From positions 83,251-147,250 of the forward strand of contig JAHDCD010000004.1 in the NCBI GenBank assembly GCA_020630095.1: 64,000 bases of DNA. The letters run 5' to 3'. The notes beneath the pieces were generated by a model. The model was not told the origin of the DNA. It saw nothing but the letters and a program-made list of their open reading frames with translations, and ran no database searches. The translations under genes were made by a program, and so were the position numbers. Position 1 is the first letter of the stretch, and each line of letters starts with the position of its first letter. Positions 48,016-57,428 of the stretch are shown here, one piece after another. This DNA comes from Rickettsiales bacterium (GTDB taxonomy: Bacteria > Pseudomonadota > Alphaproteobacteria > Rickettsiales > UBA8987).

Positions 48016-48755
48016 ACTTTTTAGATACATTACTATTAACGTTACCGGCCCTTGCTGTTGGGCTAGTAATTCTTGTTACCCATATTCCTTTGGGACAAGA
48101 AGTTATAAAGCGTGGTATTATATTTATTGACCTTGCGATAGCTCAGGCCGCGGGGTTTGGCTTAATAATAGCTGAACATTTGCACCTGCATCATGGCATT
48201 GAAGAGCAAATACTTGCCGTTGCTATGGCGTTATTTACCGCTTTATTATTTAGGCAAACCGAAAAGCGCCTTGGTGAGTATCAGGAAGCGATAATTGGTA
48301 TATTTTATGTTTTATATGCTTGCTTGTCGCTGATGTTATTAGCGCACAGCCCACACGGGGCGGAACATTTTAACGAGATACTTTCTGGTGAAATGTTATT
48401 TGTAACATGGGAAGATATTTTGTATCATTTACCTATTTATATAGGTGTGTTGCTGTTTTGGTTCAATTATACTGGCGCTAGGCAGGGCTTAGTATTTTAT
48501 ATATTATTTGCCTTAGCTATAACATCTTCAGTACAGCTTGTTGGGGTGTTCTTAGTGTTTACATCGTTAATTGTGCCTGCCTTGGCATTGGCGATATCTA
48601 AACGTGGCTTATTTTTTGGATATGCAGTTTCTGCGATAGCATTAATTATCGGCATGCTAGTTTCAATATACTCAGACCTACCCTCAAGCATTTGCGTTAT
48701 ACTTAGCTTAGTAATTGTAAATCTTTTAGTTGTTATACAAACTAAATCTCGATAG
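48012..48755 (+). CDS. Metal ABC transporter permease (ABC-3/ZnuB-like)
   Basis: 247 aa, about 7-8 TM segments, 4-nt overlap with the binding-protein gene. No ATPase gene is adjacent. Confidence 0.65.
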   Translation: MNFLDTLLLTLPALAVGLVILVTHIPLGQEVIKRGIIFIDLAIAQAAGFGLIIAEHLHLHHGIEEQILAVAMALFTALLFRQTEKRLGEYQEAIIGIFYVLYACLSLMLLAHSPHGAEHFNEILSGEMLFVTWEDILYHLPIYIGVLLFWFNYTGARQGLVFYILFALAITSSVQLVGVFLVFTSLIVPALALAISKRGLFFGYAVSAIALIIGMLVSIYSDLPSSICVILSLVIVNLLVVIQTKSR

Positions 48756-50231
48756 TTGTTTTATGTCCCTTTAATTCCTTCCAATGGCTTTCTGCAAGCT
48801 CTTCTGATTCACAACATCTGAACGAAACCTCTTGAAGCCTATTACATACCTCAATGGCGTCTTTAGGTTCTAATCCGAATGTAATTCTTAACTTTAAATC
48901 TTCTTTTTCAAGTCCCATTAATCTGCCTAAAAAACTTGATAAACCACCCTCCACTAGAGCTCCATTAATCTGTATATCAGATGATAACATGGCATTATAA
49001 GGCCTATCACGGGAATCTGTGGCCACAAAAAGCCGGCCTTTAAGCTGATTAAAATCAACCACATGGCAGAAACCCGACTCAACTGGGTATGAAACTTTCA
49101 TACCTTCTATTCCATCTTCTAAGGTTTTTTCCGCCTCTTCTATGGTTATATCCATCTCTTGAGAATAAAGAGAGATAACCATATCTCTGTCTTCTTGTTT
49201 TTCTATAGAATCTATTCCATCAATTATTGCATGCATAAGCATACCTGAACGATAATGAGTTTCATTCATCTTATTTAAGTGAGATTCGCGCTCTTCGGTA
49301 TCTTTAGGATCAAGGGAGTAATACGTAGTCAGGGCATTTAACGTTAAAAGTGAAATATGAGACTGTTCTAAGGATACACTTTGATTGTAATCTAAACTTT
49401 CTGATTTAGGGGAAATCAAAAGCCCCCCCTTAATGCAGCTAGTCCTATTTTTGATATACCCGCTAATATAAACGTATCTTGAGATGTAGATTCTATATCC
49501 ACAAAGCTAAAAGGCTCTTTTTTAACAAGCTCCGTTCCAAGATATATCATATCATCTACTATTGTTATTCCACCATCAAATGAAAGCGCCTTAACGAAGT
49601 CATCATTATCTACCTTTCTTTTAACATGAAACATTTCATCCTTTAGTTTTTCACTCATACTTGCAATTACTTCAGCTAAATCTGCAGTTTCTTGCTCCTC
49701 TCTGATATGCCCCGTAGGATTATTAGGGTTTGAATCATAATATATAGACGCTCTCTTATTGGGCATTCTATCAATTTTATCCAAGCCTTCTCTTAATCTA
49801 TCTGGAGATACGCTACCATCATCTTCTCGCTGTACTTCAAGCACCTCAAACCCCATTTGTTTAGCTGTCTCTAAAAATAGTCCATATGTGGGTACTGGAG
49901 TTACAATTATAGGAGCTTTTGGTTGATCAGAATATTTATTAATTAGTTCATTACGATCAGCTATATCACTTAAAACTTTTGACCATGCATGCAGAGTTCC
50001 ATTGAATAAAGAGATATTATCTGGTTTTATTTGCTCTCCTATTTTACTTCTAAAGCCATATTTATGATTTATAAATTCTGCTATCTGCTTTCTAGCCGCA
50101 TCATTATCTACTAACCTCTCATCATACATATTAACAACAGGTTCGGTTTTTAAGCATGCTTGTTTAAATGCATAATCAAAGCTTTTAACGGCATTTCCAA
50201 CACCAACATTTATTTCCTTATCTTGTGACAC
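48742..50231 (-). pseudogene. Class I/II aminotransferase-like gene split by a frameshift in a G7 (C7 on +) homopolymer
   Basis: The upstream ORF carries YYDSNPNNPTGH and GISKIGLAALRGGF then stops. One extra G at 49423-49429 would read ...RGGLLISPKSES... into the 225-aa ORF. Confidence 0.65.
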
Positions 50232-50234
50232 CGC

Positions 50235-50660
50235 CTAGTCTAAACCTCCTTCTATAATGAGTTTTAGCCTAAGTTTTTTATGAGATTTTATTTCATTTAT
50301 AATCTCTAGCTTGTTAGTGAAGTACTCGTTTAATAAGATTTTTGACTCATTTAATAAGTTTTTTATCTTCTCTTCAGACTTACTATTACCAATTAAACCA
50401 CTTATATTACTTGTGATATTGTTAACAGAAGATGAGTAATCTATATAGAACTGCTCTTTTGAAAGTTCACTAACACTCTCATTTTCAACAGATGTTAGCT
50501 GGAATAGCTCTCTTTCCCATAAACTTAATGAAGCTGAGAATAACGGCAATGCATCTCTAACATCGTTGTTGGCTCTATATATTGAGAATGCTTCTATACT
50601 TCCTTGAGCCTTTCTTAGAGAAGATATTATATCTATAATTTTATTTGCTAAATTTGGCAT
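50235..50660 (-). CDS. Hypothetical protein
   Basis: Start taken at ATG 50660 (MPNLANK). The track's GTG start at 50735 lies inside the murC start region. Confidence 0.4.
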   Translation of the reverse strand: MPNLANKIIDIISSLRKAQGSIEAFSIYRANNDVRDALPLFSASLSLWERELFQLTSVENESVSELSKEQFYIDYSSSVNNITSNISGLIGNSKSEEKIKNLLNESKILLNEYFTNKLEIINEIKSHKKLRLKLIIEGGLD

Positions 50661-50729
50661 AGTTTTATTACTTGTTTTAAAATATAATAAAAATGTTAAT
50701 TTTTTATGAATTATTGTTAAGTTTATTTC

Positions 50730-52106
50730 GTGCACACTATTCCGTTAAATATAGGTACTATCCACTTCATTGGCATTGGTGGCATAGGTATGAGTGGTGT
50801 AGCAGAGATTATGCATAATTTAGGTTATGCGGTTTCGGGCTCTGACCTTTCTGAAAACGATAATGTTATTCGCCTACGTGGGTTAGGCATTCAAATTCAT
50901 AAAGGGCATGAAGCTGGCAATATTGATGGTAAAAGCGTGGTTGTTAAGTCTACCGCGGTGAAAATGGATAATGCCGAGATAATTGCCGCGCGTGAAGCTG
51001 GAATCCCGATTGTTAGGCGATCTGAAATGTTAGCGGAAATTACGCGTTTAAAGCCTACGATTGCCGTTACCGGTTGTCATGGTAAAACAACTACAACATC
51101 GCTTATTGGGCATGCTATACGCTCGCTTGACCCTACAATTATTAATGGTGGAGTTTTAAATTCCGTAGGTTCAAATGCTAAGCTTGGCGATGGCGACTGG
51201 ATAGTTGCTGAAGCGGATGAGAGTGATGGTACATTTATAAAAATCCCTGCATCAGTTGGGATAATTACAAATATTGACCCTGAGCATTTAGATTATTGGG
51301 GGTCGTTCGAGGCATTAAAAGAAGCTTATAGACAATTTATACATCAACTGCCGTTTTATGGCTTTTGTATAGCTAATATAGACTGCCCTAATACGCGTGA
51401 GTTGGTTGAAAGCATTAATGATAGGCGCGTTATTACTTATTCCATTAACTCGTGCAATGATACTGGCATTTGTGCGGATAATATCCGCTCTGAAGGTGAT
51501 TATCAGGTATTTGATGTACATTTTGGTGCGATAACTATTAAAGATATTAAGTTGCCAATGTTAGGTAAGCATAATGTTTCTAACGCTTTAGCTGCCATTT
51601 GCGTGCATAAGGAAATTGTTAATGACCTACAAAGTCTACCAGATTTATTTGATGGCTTTAATGGCGTAAAGCGTAGGTTTACACTTATGGGCAAGGCGGA
51701 ATCTGGGGCGATAATTGTTGATGATTATGCGCATCATCCGGTGGAAATAGATGCAACGTTAAGTGCGGCAAAGTCTAATGCCAAGGGCGATGTTATTGCC
51801 GTTATGCAGCCGCATAGATATTCGCGTTTACAGAATTTATGGGAAGATTTTGCAAAGTGCTATGATAGTGCTGATAAGATTATTATAACGCCAATTTTTG
51901 CCGCAGGTGAACAGCCGTTAGATGGTATAGATCAGCAAAGTTATATATCTGAAATACATAAGAATTACCCTAGCTTGCCGTTAATTGCGTGTGAATCTGA
52001 TGAAGAGCTAAAGGAGCTTATTAATAAAGAGTCTGCGGAAAACGACTCCCTTATTTTTATGGGTGCAGGTTCTATTACAAAACTTGCTAAAGACTGCGTA
52101 GCTTAA
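50730..52106 (+). CDS. murC: UDP-N-acetylmuramate--L-alanine ligase
   Basis: GTG start. IHFIGIGGIGMSGVAEIMHNLGYAVSGSD, VTGCHGKTTTTS, DDYAHHP are typical Mur ligase/MurC motifs. Confidence 0.95.
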   Translation: MHTIPLNIGTIHFIGIGGIGMSGVAEIMHNLGYAVSGSDLSENDNVIRLRGLGIQIHKGHEAGNIDGKSVVVKSTAVKMDNAEIIAAREAGIPIVRRSEMLAEITRLKPTIAVTGCHGKTTTTSLIGHAIRSLDPTIINGGVLNSVGSNAKLGDGDWIVAEADESDGTFIKIPASVGIITNIDPEHLDYWGSFEALKEAYRQFIHQLPFYGFCIANIDCPNTRELVESINDRRVITYSINSCNDTGICADNIRSEGDYQVFDVHFGAITIKDIKLPMLGKHNVSNALAAICVHKEIVNDLQSLPDLFDGFNGVKRRFTLMGKAESGAIIVDDYAHHPVEIDATLSAAKSNAKGDVIAVMQPHRYSRLQNLWEDFAKCYDSADKIIITPIFAAGEQPLDGIDQQSYISEIHKNYPSLPLIACESDEELKELINKESAENDSLIFMGAGSITKLAKDCVA

Positions 52107-52107
52107 T

Positions 52108-52560
52108 CTACTTAGTATAATCTGTTTTTTCTGTAGCTACCGAGAAAGATTTATTAGTTTTAGGCTCTTGCCTATGCTTAACCTTACGTTTACTACCTAA
52201 CTTTTGTAACATTACATTCATTCGTTTTATTTGCTCTTCATTCTTAGATTGCCCTTCTGGACTTTCTAACGTTATTTGAATTCGATCACCTTGCTCTAAG
52301 CCCTCTTCTTCAGTTTCAGTACGCTTAAGCTTATTTTTCTTCTTCATAATTATTTTTCTTAGGAAAAAGAATAAGATTACAAAGGTAAAGATAGCATCAA
52401 TTGGCAGAAAAAAGCTGTAGCTTTTACCAGCTTGGCTTTCTGAACTAAATATACTCATTACGAAAGAAAAAATAGTAATGCCGAACATAATTAGCATTAT
52501 TATTATAAATAAGGTTATTTTTGCCCAAAATATATTTTTTAAAACTCTAAAAATAAACAT
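52108..52560 (-). CDS. Small membrane protein, basic C-terminal tail
   Basis: 150 aa, two N-terminal TM segments, Lys/Glu-rich tail. Confidence 0.4.
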   Translation of the reverse strand: MFIFRVLKNIFWAKITLFIIIMLIMFGITIFSFVMSIFSSESQAGKSYSFFLPIDAIFTFVILFFFLRKIIMKKKNKLKRTETEEEGLEQGDRIQITLESPEGQSKNEEQIKRMNVMLQKLGSKRKVKHRQEPKTNKSFSVATEKTDYTK

Positions 52561-52604
52561 AGTACCTTCCAGACTATAAATTTTATACTTAAAGCATAGC
52601 CGTT

Positions 52605-55600
52605 ATGGCTAGTACTGCATTATCATTTGGGTTATCACAAGTAAGTTTTAGTGGGTTATCTCCACTTTCGCGCGCTGTTGTAAATTTAGGCGTAGGGGTT
52701 ACGCGTAATTTCGCAGCAGATATTGATGATAACATATTCGGACGAGACACACGCAAGCAAGTTACCGAAGGGTCGCGCCTTTCTGATTTATCGGTGCAAA
52801 CATCTACTTACGGGAAGAATATTCCGCACGTTTGGGGTTCGGTTAAGTTAGCAGGTAATATTATCTGGTCGCAACCTATTAAAGAGCAATTAAACGTTAA
52901 TGAAAGTGGCGGAAAGGGAATTGGAGCATCGCTTATTCCATCTGCACCGGAGCGAACTGTTACGAAATCTTATGCTTATTTTGCTACGTTTGCAATTGCT
53001 CTATGTGAAGGCGAAATTGATAATGTACTGCGCGTTTGGGCGGATACTAAGCTTATTAATCCTACTGAATTAGCATCTGGCTATACAGTTTATAAAGGCA
53101 CAGATAGTCAATTACCGGACTCTATTATTGAGAGTTTTGAAGGTGTTAGTAATACGCCAGCATATCGAAATTTAGCGTATGTGGTATTTGAGGATTTAGC
53201 GCTTGCTCCGTTTGGGAATCGTATTCCGAATTTTGAATTTGAAGTTAAGCGCCGAGTTATTGCACCAAATGAAGATGTAGTTGAGGATAAAATTACCGGC
53301 ATGATTATGATTCCGGGGGCAGGTGAATTTGTTTATGACACTGAAGTACATACAAAAAATACTGGTATATATACTGCTGGCACTTTCTTTCCTAATGGCA
53401 AGAAAGAGATAATTAATCAGAATAATGATAAGGGCAAGGCAGATGCACTTGTTTCGCTTGATCAGTTACAGGAAACCTGCCCTAACCTTGAATATGTAGG
53501 TATTGTGGTAACTTGGTTTGCGGACTCGTTAGATATTGGCACAGCTAGTATTACTCCGCGGGTGGAGTATAAAGGTTCTACTAATTCGCCATCTGATTGG
53601 AATGTTGCAGGGATAGATAGGGAATCTGCGCAATTAATATCATTTGATAATGGCACGCCACGTTATGGCGGTACGCCTAATGATGCCTCGCTTTTGCGTT
53701 ATATTGATGAAATTAAGGCGCGTGGATTGAAGGTTATGCTTTACCCTATGATATTTGTTGATTTACCTGACAAACCATGGCGCGGGCGTATGGGCGGCAA
53801 CATCAATGATGTCACTAACTTCTTTAATAAAACAAGCGGTTATAATGCATTTATAAACCATTACGCCAATTTAACTGCAAGTAAGGTAGATGCATTTATT
53901 ATTGGTACGGAAATGCGCGAGTTAACATCTATAACGGATGGTTCTGGGGCTTTTCCTGCGGTGAATGAATTTGTTAATTTAGCCGCTTCCGTTAAGGCGA
54001 TTATGGGTAGCGCTACTAAAATTACTTATGCGGCAGACTGGAGTGAGTATCATCATACTACAGGGGGGTGGTATAATTTAGACCCTTTATGGGCAAGCCC
54101 TGATATAGATTTTATTGGTATTGATGCGTATTTTCCGCTTACTAATTTACAAGCTGGTGAGCGTGCCACGAAGGATGATATTATAAATGGATGGCAATCT
54201 GGTGAGGGTTATGATTATTTTTATGCGGATTCTACGAATCGTACGGGTGAGCTACCTCTTGCGGCTGAATATGCGTGGAAAAATTTAGATTGGTTTATTA
54301 ATAATAATCATGTTAATCCTGACGGCTTGCCTACGGCTTGGGTGCCTAATTCTAAGAAAATTTGGTTTACTGAATATGGTTTTCCATCAGTAGATATTAG
54401 CTCGAATCAGCCAAATGTATTTTACGATCCCGCATCATCTGAAAGTGCCTTCCCATTTGGATCAGAAGGTAATGTTGATTTTCTAGCGCAACGTACTGCT
54501 ATTGATGGTACGGAAGATTATTTGGCTATGAGCTCCGTGGTTGAGAATCAATTTTTATGGACATGGGATGCGAGGCCTTATCCATTTTTTCCTGACCTTA
54601 ATAATGTATGGGATGATGGTGGCAACTGGCAGTTTGGGCATTGGGTTAATGGTAAGTTATGCCTTACTTCACTTGCCGGTGTTGTGGCGGATATATCTGC
54701 TAAAGCGGAACTTATTGAATATGATGTTGAATGTTTAAATGATATCGTTGAAGGCTTTATTCAAGATTCACGTTATAATGCAAATTCTGCGTTGCAACAA
54801 CTGCGCGAGAGTTACTTTTTTGACTCTGTTGAGCATGGTGAAAGCTATAAATATTTAGCTAAATCAAAGGAATCAGTAGGAGGAAATCTGGAAATTTCCA
54901 GATATACAGATATCCAGAAAAGCAGACTAGATGATTTTGATATGCCATCTAAAATTGATGTTAATTATATTGATAGGCAAAGTAATTATAAGATTGGCAA
55001 TGTTCATGCAGATAGGGTTTTAAATAATACTGAAAATAGTGAAGTTTTTGCCGTGCCGTTAGTTATGAATGCCGGTCGTGCGAAGTTTATTGCTGATACG
55101 CAAATTTATTCGCGTCATGAAAATAGAGATATCTTTACCTTTGCTGTGGCTCAGGAGAATTTTAATATTGAACCTGCAGACATCATTGAGCTTGAAGGCG
55201 AAAATGCCAAGCTTCGTGTACTTGCGGTTAGATATATAAATATTGGTGAGAAGCAATTATTGGCGGTTAAGGATGAGCCTTGTCTTTACAGTTACTTTAA
55301 TAATCTAAGCCTAGAGGCAAATACAGATGCGCTGGAAGTTATTCAAGATACGCAGCTAAAATTACTAGATATTCCGCTTTTACCGAATCAACCGAATAAT
55401 GAACAAAAGATTTTTTACGGTGTTACTTATGAAGGCGCTAGCTTTGGTGGTGCATCTATTATTGAAAATGATACTGTTGTAGGCAGTACTATTAATGAAT
55501 CCACTATTGGAACAACTATGACTGCCCTGCCCGACTTTGAATTTGGTAATGTTTGGGATGAAGTATCTGAACTTGAAGTGCAGTTATTTGAAGGTGAGCT

Positions 55601-56204
55601 TTCAAGTGTTACGCGTGATGATGTGCTTAATGGTGCAAATATTGCGTATGTTAATGGCGAGATTATTCAGTTTAGTAATGCTCAGCTGGTTGGAGGTAGG
55701 CGATATATACTATCCGACTTTTTGCGTGGGCGCTTAGGCACTGAACATGCGATTGCTAACCATGGTAATAACGAATGTTTTGCAATGATTGATTATTCAC
55801 TGTCATCAATAGTTAAAACACCTTCAGATATTGGCTTAAGCCTCGATTATAAGGCGGTAACGAACGGACAAGATGATACAAATATTGCAAGCCAGAGCTT
55901 TAATTATAATGCAGTGGCGTTAAAGCCATATGCGCCGGCATTGCATTATATTAATTACAATGGTAGCGATACTGAAATATCATGGCATAGGCGTACGCGT
56001 TATAATGGTTTATGGCGCGATAATGTGGATGTATCTAATAGTGAAGCTGAAGAGTTATATTGCGTTGAGGTATTAGATAATTCTGGCGCAGTGATTCATA
56101 CTGAGCAGGTATCCGAGAGTAAATATACAACAAATTTAGGTTCTAATTTTAAAGTTTATCAAATAAGTGACCTTATTGGTAAGGGCTACCCTTTAAAGGT
56201 TTAG
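52605..56204 (+). CDS. GTA ORFg15-like (megatron / host-specificity) phage tail protein, orphan copy
   Basis: 1199 aa. The N-terminal pattern (...EGSRLSDLSVQTSTYGKNIPHVWGSVKLAGNIIW) and the central TIM-barrel-like region (IDFIGIDAYFPL, WFTEYGFPS) match RcGTA g15 homologues as I recall them. Confidence 0.7.
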   Translation: MASTALSFGLSQVSFSGLSPLSRAVVNLGVGVTRNFAADIDDNIFGRDTRKQVTEGSRLSDLSVQTSTYGKNIPHVWGSVKLAGNIIWSQPIKEQLNVNESGGKGIGASLIPSAPERTVTKSYAYFATFAIALCEGEIDNVLRVWADTKLINPTELASGYTVYKGTDSQLPDSIIESFEGVSNTPAYRNLAYVVFEDLALAPFGNRIPNFEFEVKRRVIAPNEDVVEDKITGMIMIPGAGEFVYDTEVHTKNTGIYTAGTFFPNGKKEIINQNNDKGKADALVSLDQLQETCPNLEYVGIVVTWFADSLDIGTASITPRVEYKGSTNSPSDWNVAGIDRESAQLISFDNGTPRYGGTPNDASLLRYIDEIKARGLKVMLYPMIFVDLPDKPWRGRMGGNINDVTNFFNKTSGYNAFINHYANLTASKVDAFIIGTEMRELTSITDGSGAFPAVNEFVNLAASVKAIMGSATKITYAADWSEYHHTTGGWYNLDPLWASPDIDFIGIDAYFPLTNLQAGERATKDDIINGWQSGEGYDYFYADSTNRTGELPLAAEYAWKNLDWFINNNHVNPDGLPTAWVPNSKKIWFTEYGFPSVDISSNQPNVFYDPASSESAFPFGSEGNVDFLAQRTAIDGTEDYLAMSSVVENQFLWTWDARPYPFFPDLNNVWDDGGNWQFGHWVNGKLCLTSLAGVVADISAKAELIEYDVECLNDIVEGFIQDSRYNANSALQQLRESYFFDSVEHGESYKYLAKSKESVGGNLEISRYTDIQKSRLDDFDMPSKIDVNYIDRQSNYKIGNVHADRVLNNTENSEVFAVPLVMNAGRAKFIADTQIYSRHENRDIFTFAVAQENFNIEPADIIELEGENAKLRVLAVRYINIGEKQLLAVKDEPCLYSYFNNLSLEANTDALEVIQDTQLKLLDIPLLPNQPNNEQKIFYGVTYEGASFGGASIIENDTVVGSTINESTIGTTMTALPDFEFGNVWDEVSELEVQLFEGELSSVTRDDVLNGANIAYVNGEIIQFSNAQLVGGRRYILSDFLRGRLGTEHAIANHGNNECFAMIDYSLSSIVKTPSDIGLSLDYKAVTNGQDDTNIASQSFNYNAVALKPYAPALHYINYNGSDTEISWHRRTRYNGLWRDNVDVSNSEAEELYCVEVLDNSGAVIHTEQVSESKYTTNLGSNFKVYQISDLIGKGYPLKV

Positions 56205-56214
56205 CTAAAGCTTA

Positions 56215-56775
56215 TTAGTTATGGAAAACCGGACCTTTTTCATGCGGTAAACCAATACCATCAGCAACTAACTTAGGTGGCTTAGATGGCTGATCTGAAG
56301 TTTTACCTTGCGGCACCTCACCTTCAATTTCAGGGGTTTCAACTTCCTTTTTTTGAGTTTCAGTTAGCCATTCCGCTGTAACCTTGCCATCAAACTCATC
56401 CTTAAAATATTTTTCTAGCGCCTTGGCAAAAATATGCTCTGAAGTTATAGGGTTTCCATTTTTAGTTTCACCAGTAATAAACTCTCTATACCTTGTTGGA
56501 GTAACCTTATCTGGAGATCCATTTTTCTTAGATTCACCATAATTTTCATGAAGCAGATGACAAAAATTATCTACAGATATTTCTTGTTTCTCACTAGAAC
56601 TTAAGGCAAGCCTAAGCCATGTAACTTTATGAATTGCTGAGAGTCCATCCAGCCTATTTATATCAGTAATATGTGCAATATCGTATTTAGCATTTATTAG
56701 CTGCTCACTTTGTCGATTTGCACCTGTCCTTCCAAGGGCATATTTTTGTAGCAATTCTTTGTCTATATTAATCAT
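56215..56775 (-). CDS. Hypothetical protein
   Basis: 186-aa ORF, no recognisable motif. Confidence 0.4.
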   Translation of the reverse strand: MINIDKELLQKYALGRTGANRQSEQLINAKYDIAHITDINRLDGLSAIHKVTWLRLALSSSEKQEISVDNFCHLLHENYGESKKNGSPDKVTPTRYREFITGETKNGNPITSEHIFAKALEKYFKDEFDGKVTAEWLTETQKKEVETPEIEGEVPQGKTSDQPSKPPKLVADGIGLPHEKGPVFHN

Positions 56776-56796
56776 AGCACGATATTATACAATATT

Positions 56797-57057
56797 TTAG
56801 CGCCTATGGCAATGCTTCCTACCCATGCCGAAATGGCGGTGACAGTACTTATGGGCATTATACCCCCTTCTCGCTCTTGGATAGCCAGTATTATAGCTTG
56901 TACCAATAGCTATATGGGGCCTAATTGGATTTCTAGCTAAAGGGTCTATAACTACAGATGGCCTAATATTAAGCGCGGGCGCTACTGTTCCTTCTGGTGT
57001 TACAACACAGGAGGATAGCGCCACCGCTAATAAGCTCATTAAGAATAAGTGTTTCAT
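56797..57057 (-). CDS. Small lipoprotein with a Cys/His-rich basic C-terminus (paralog 1)
   Basis: Lipobox ALSSC, VVTPEGTV, C-terminal CHRHFGMGRKHCHRR. Confidence 0.5.
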   Translation of the reverse strand: MKHLFLMSLLAVALSSCVVTPEGTVAPALNIRPSVVIDPLARNPIRPHIAIGTSYNTGYPRARRGYNAHKYCHRHFGMGRKHCHRR

Positions 57058-57061
57058 TATA

Positions 57062-57247
57062 TTAATGGTGACAATGACGAGGCTTCAATGGACCATGCTT
57101 ATGGCATTTTTTGCCGTTTGCGTGTTGCACTACATTTTTTGCCTTTATAGGGCGCACAGCAACTGTACCATTAGGTCGTACAACACATGAAGATAATACC
57201 GCGCCTGTTAAGGCAATTAAAGATAATGTTAATATTGTTTTGTTCAT
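57062..57247 (-). CDS. Small lipoprotein with a Cys/His-rich basic C-terminus (paralog 2)
   Basis: Lipobox VLSSC, VVRPNGTV, C-terminal CHKHGPLKPRHCHH. Confidence 0.5.
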   Translation of the reverse strand: MNKTILTLSLIALTGAVLSSCVVRPNGTVAVRPIKAKNVVQHANGKKCHKHGPLKPRHCHH

Positions 57248-57323
57248 AATTAATTTAGGTTATTTGTTATTATTACTTTTAAAAATCTTTTTTCCTTTAT
57301 TTTAAAGAAACTTTTTTATCAAT

Positions 57324-57424
57324 GTCATCGCGAACCTTTAGGTGAAGCGATCCAACAACAGATCTTTCTAAGCATATAAATCTATTAATGGATTGCCACG
57401 TCGGCTACGCCTCCTCGCAATGAC
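57324..57424 (-). repeat. RPE-like palindromic repeat element, copy B (inverted relative to copy A)
   Basis: Its reverse complement matches copy A at both ends. Flanked by a 21-nt direct duplication (57297-57317 and 57429-57449). Confidence 0.75.
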
Positions 57425-57428
57425 AAGA

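Noticed and set aside
50661-50735. GTG start at 50735 for the minus-strand ORF, sharing the GTGCAC palindrome with the murC GTG start at 50730
   Set aside because: The dual start is probably an artefact of the palindrome. The internal ATG at 50660 avoids overlap with murC. murC homology begins right at 50730, so that start is kept.
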